This document shows, piece by piece, positions 61,216 to 64,000 of a DNA stretch of 64,000 bases. The notes beneath the pieces were generated by a model that saw nothing but the letters and a program-made list of their open reading frames with translations, was not told the origin of the DNA and did no database searches. The position numbers and the translations under genes were made by a program. Location of the stretch: the NCBI RefSeq assembly GCF_036321535.1, contig NC_087437.1:56112001-56176000 (forward strand), read 5' to 3'. The stretch comes from Camelus dromedarius (lineage: Eukaryota). The stretch's first letter is position 1. Every line of letters starts with the position of its first letter.

Positions 61216-61369
61216 GGGGAGGGCAAGGTAAAACAGTGACAGAGTGTGTGCTTAGCATGCACAAGGTCCTGGGGTCAGTCCCCAGTACCTCCATTTAAAC
61301 AAACAAACAAACAAACAAACAAATACCTAATTACCTCCCTCCCAAAATAAATAAAAATTAAAAAAAAAT
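61216..61369 (+). mobile_element. tRNA-derived SINE (camelid vic-1 type), more diverged, with internal (AAAC)n
   Basis: agagtgtgtgcttagcatgcacaaggtcctggggtcagtccccagtacctcc...acctaattacctccc plus A-rich tail. Confidence 0.85.
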
Positions 61370-61534
61370 ATAAAGTGCTCCTCTGCCATCAGTGTCTTAC
61401 CGTTTTTTTGAGGAAGAGTAGAATGAACCTTGTGGTGGTGGATTAGAATCAGATATATCAATATAAACTCCTGGTTGTCATACATACACACAGATAGATA
61501 CAGAAGTGCAAATATAGGTCTACGTATATGCTTA

Positions 61535-61537
<3 letters not shown>

Positions 61538-61589
<52 letters not shown>

Positions 61590-61590
61590 T
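61538..61590. repeat. (TA)22 then (CA)n microsatellite within an old L1M 3' remnant
   Basis: Directly visible; flank tactatttttgcaactttcctgtaagttt is L1M 3' UTR-like. Confidence 0.92.
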
Positions 61591-62713
61591 ATATTTCTAA
61601 GGTGTTACCATCAGGGAGTGCTGGATGGAGATAAGCGGGAAACGTCTTTACTATTTTTGCAACTTTCCTGTAAGTTTAAAATGACTGCAAAAGGAAACAT
61701 AAAGGAAAAAAGAAATGCTGTAAGAGTCCATATGGCATGTTAAAATGTCTAAACAAACTAAAGAACTTGCTATGACTTCAAAGTCTATGTCAGTGTGACC
61801 TCTCCATGAAACCTCCCCTAACCCCCCACCAGAAATCTCTTTCCTTGTAAGTCTTTATGGGAAAAATTATATCAGAGATTTGAGAGAGATTTTTCTGATT
61901 CCTCATGGGATAAGTTAAGAAAGGGGCTAGCTATGAAGGAGAAACCTGGTCACACTCTAAGAAGTGACTCTTCTTCGTCCCCTGCTGCATTCAGGGGCAA
62001 GAATCCCATTAGGAATCTTGTTGCGTTGCAGAGCCGGTATGCTAAGTGGTCAGTCTTTCCCAGCACCCATGGAGGAGAAAAGCCTGGTTTAGCTGTAGGA
62101 CGTGCACAAACGTGGCTTGGGGCAGGAATTTAGGAGGGGATTTTACAGGCAGCTCCTGCTCCCAGGAAAGATTTTATTCTTCTCAGCATAAAACAAGAAC
62201 CAATTGCACAGAAATTGGAAGTGTTCCAAAACTCTTGCACTCAGACTTCAAGTTCAATAAATAATTGTGACATTTGTCCTGGGAGAGGAATAGATTACAG
62301 GGAAGGAGTCTGGATTGAAAATCAAGAAAGACCTATATAACCTTCAGCCAGGACAGTAAATACCGGATGCTGGCATGTTAACGTCCCCCTGTCTGGTCCT
62401 TTCTAATAATCACAGATATCCCTTCCCTAAAAGGAAATTCATCCACGTTGCTCTCTACAGCTGTAATGTGTTCATGTTCACTGCTGTAAGGTTCTCTATT
62501 GTATAACCATACCACAATTTATTTTTCCTTTATTGATGGACACTGGTCTATCATAAACGGTGTCACAATGAATATTCTTATACATGGAGCCTATTGCACA
62601 CATGTAATAATTTCTTAAATCCCAGTTGTTTTTGTGGAAATAAATGAAGACCAAAATGGTTTTTATTTAAAGACCATTAAATATTTTATTTTCAGGGTTT
62701 GAATAGACTTCAT

Positions 62714-63065
62714 TGTTATAAGGGGGGCCCTACCAAACGGGGCCTTATAAACCGACATGTGACCCCCAGGATGTCACCATGGAGAAATCGATAGGTCATG
62801 ATTGCAGAAGAGGTCACTGTTACTGAAGGGCATGATCCAGGGGAGGCCGGCCAGGAATGCAGCAGATGTGATCAGGACAAGCCAGGAGTGGTCAGGTCAC
62901 AGGGTGAGGGAGACAGGTCCCTTCACTCCCCTTTCTTGTAGCTGTTCAGGTCACACAGGACCCAACCTGACGGCAGGAGGAAACACAGGAAGCAGGAGGT
63001 GAGCCTGATGGCGATATCCATTCCACGCTGCTCTTGCAATGGCTTGGAATGAACCCTGGCACACA
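62714..63065. mobile_element. Probable LTR remnant, family unresolved
   Basis: Begins tgttataagggg and ends ggcacaca; abrupt GC rise; abuts the next LTR. Confidence 0.35.
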
Positions 63066-63074
63066 GCACTCGGA

Positions 63075-63553
63075 GAAAAGCAAAACCTGTTTACCAAGAA
63101 TGTGCCACAGCAAAGGAGTTAGCCATTGTCACTTGCATTTTTGTTAAGACTCAAAGGAAGGCAGAGGAGTGGGAAAGCTTTACAGTAGAAGAAAGGGAAG
63201 GCTACTGATGGTACCATGATTACAGGCTGTTGATGTGGGGAACCTATAGGGGCACATATTTGACTTTCTCAGCTTGGTCCTAAATTGGAAGTGAAGAGTA
63301 TTAGGGAAGCTGACCGTTAATAATCAAGTCCTGATCATTTGGGGTCAATTATTACACTAGTTACTGGTTAGCTTCCTGGATTATTACTAGAGGTAAAAAT
63401 CTGTCTTCCTAGTCAATTATAGCAGGCTGGCTTCCTGGGCTGTTTCTTTTAGATAAGAAGTTAATTTTCGAGGCAGGTCATTGCAGGTTGTGGGTCAGAG
63501 TTCTGTTTCTACGTATAGTCTGACCATTGTCCATCTGTATATTCAGTCTCTCA
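63075..63553 (-). mobile_element. MER31-like ERV1 LTR
   Basis: Minus strand starts tgagagactgaatatacagatggacaatggtcagac...agaactctgacccacaacctgca. Left boundary approximate. Confidence 0.7.
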
Positions 63554-64000
63554 CTTTGGTGGATATCTGTCAAGTTACTGAGTTTTCTTGAGATTCAGGG
63601 CATAGCTGAATAATGTTCAGCTTCAATAATATGTTGAATAGCTACCTCACTCTTCAGCACGTAAATATTCTCTCTTCTTGACATCTCTTTCAACTTGATA
63701 GATGCTTGACGGTATCTATTAGTGAACTTCAAGCTTGAAGTGTAGATGTTATTAAAAGAGTTCAAACATCAAAGTATTGGAATAGTTGATGCTCTTTCCC
63801 ATTCTGAGCATCCGTGGAAGTGCTCCCAGTTGTCGCATCTTTGTGTTCCTTGCAAGAATAAAGGTCCTCGGGAAGCTAATGTATTTGCCCAAGGCCACAC
63901 AGCTATTAGCCGATGAATTAAAATTTAAATCTAGTTCTGATTCCGAAGTATATACACAATTTTTTCCTTTCCTATATATAAGCGTCTCCCAGTGTTTTAG

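Noticed and set aside
62716..62750. Hairpin ttataagg...ccttataa
   Set aside because: Short bulged stem at the edge of a probable LTR; expected by chance.
1..64000. A novel multi-gene biological system
   Set aside because: No credible non-transposon coding sequence or RNA gene was found; the remaining short ORFs often use TTG/GTG starts and match chance expectation.

Overview
This is non-coding eutherian (placental mammal) genomic DNA: AT-rich, CpG-depleted and roughly half interspersed repeats by eye. Three tRNA-derived SINEs resemble the camelid vic-1 type, and I saw no Alu, B1, Bov-A/BovB or PRE-1, so a camelid (camel/alpaca/llama) source is likely; this is recognition from memory, not a database result. 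I find no credible host protein-coding exon, rRNA, tRNA gene or CRISPR array. The only ORFs with recognisable protein sequence are dead LINE-1 ORF2p C-terminal fragments (1160-1941 and 48030-48780). The window is an intergenic or deep-intronic tract of ancient repeats (L1M, L2, MIR, hAT MER5/MER20/MER119, Tigger, MLT1/MLT2, MER21, MER31-like) overlaid by younger insertions: five lineage L1 3' ends (three 5'-inverted), three SINEs, two ERV1-like solo LTRs and one 910-bp ERV2-like solo LTR with a perfect 6-bp TSD. Candidate regulatory signals are a strong CTCF motif (~24770), a small orphan CpG-rich island (~17.9-18.5 kb) and AP-1/ETS/RUNX motif clusters (~39.5-42 kb, ~54-57 kb). I could not find a previously undescribed biological system; the findings are modest leads on transposon mechanics, DNA structure and regulation. 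Family names and the boundaries of old repeats are approximate and need RepeatMasker/Dfam confirmation.
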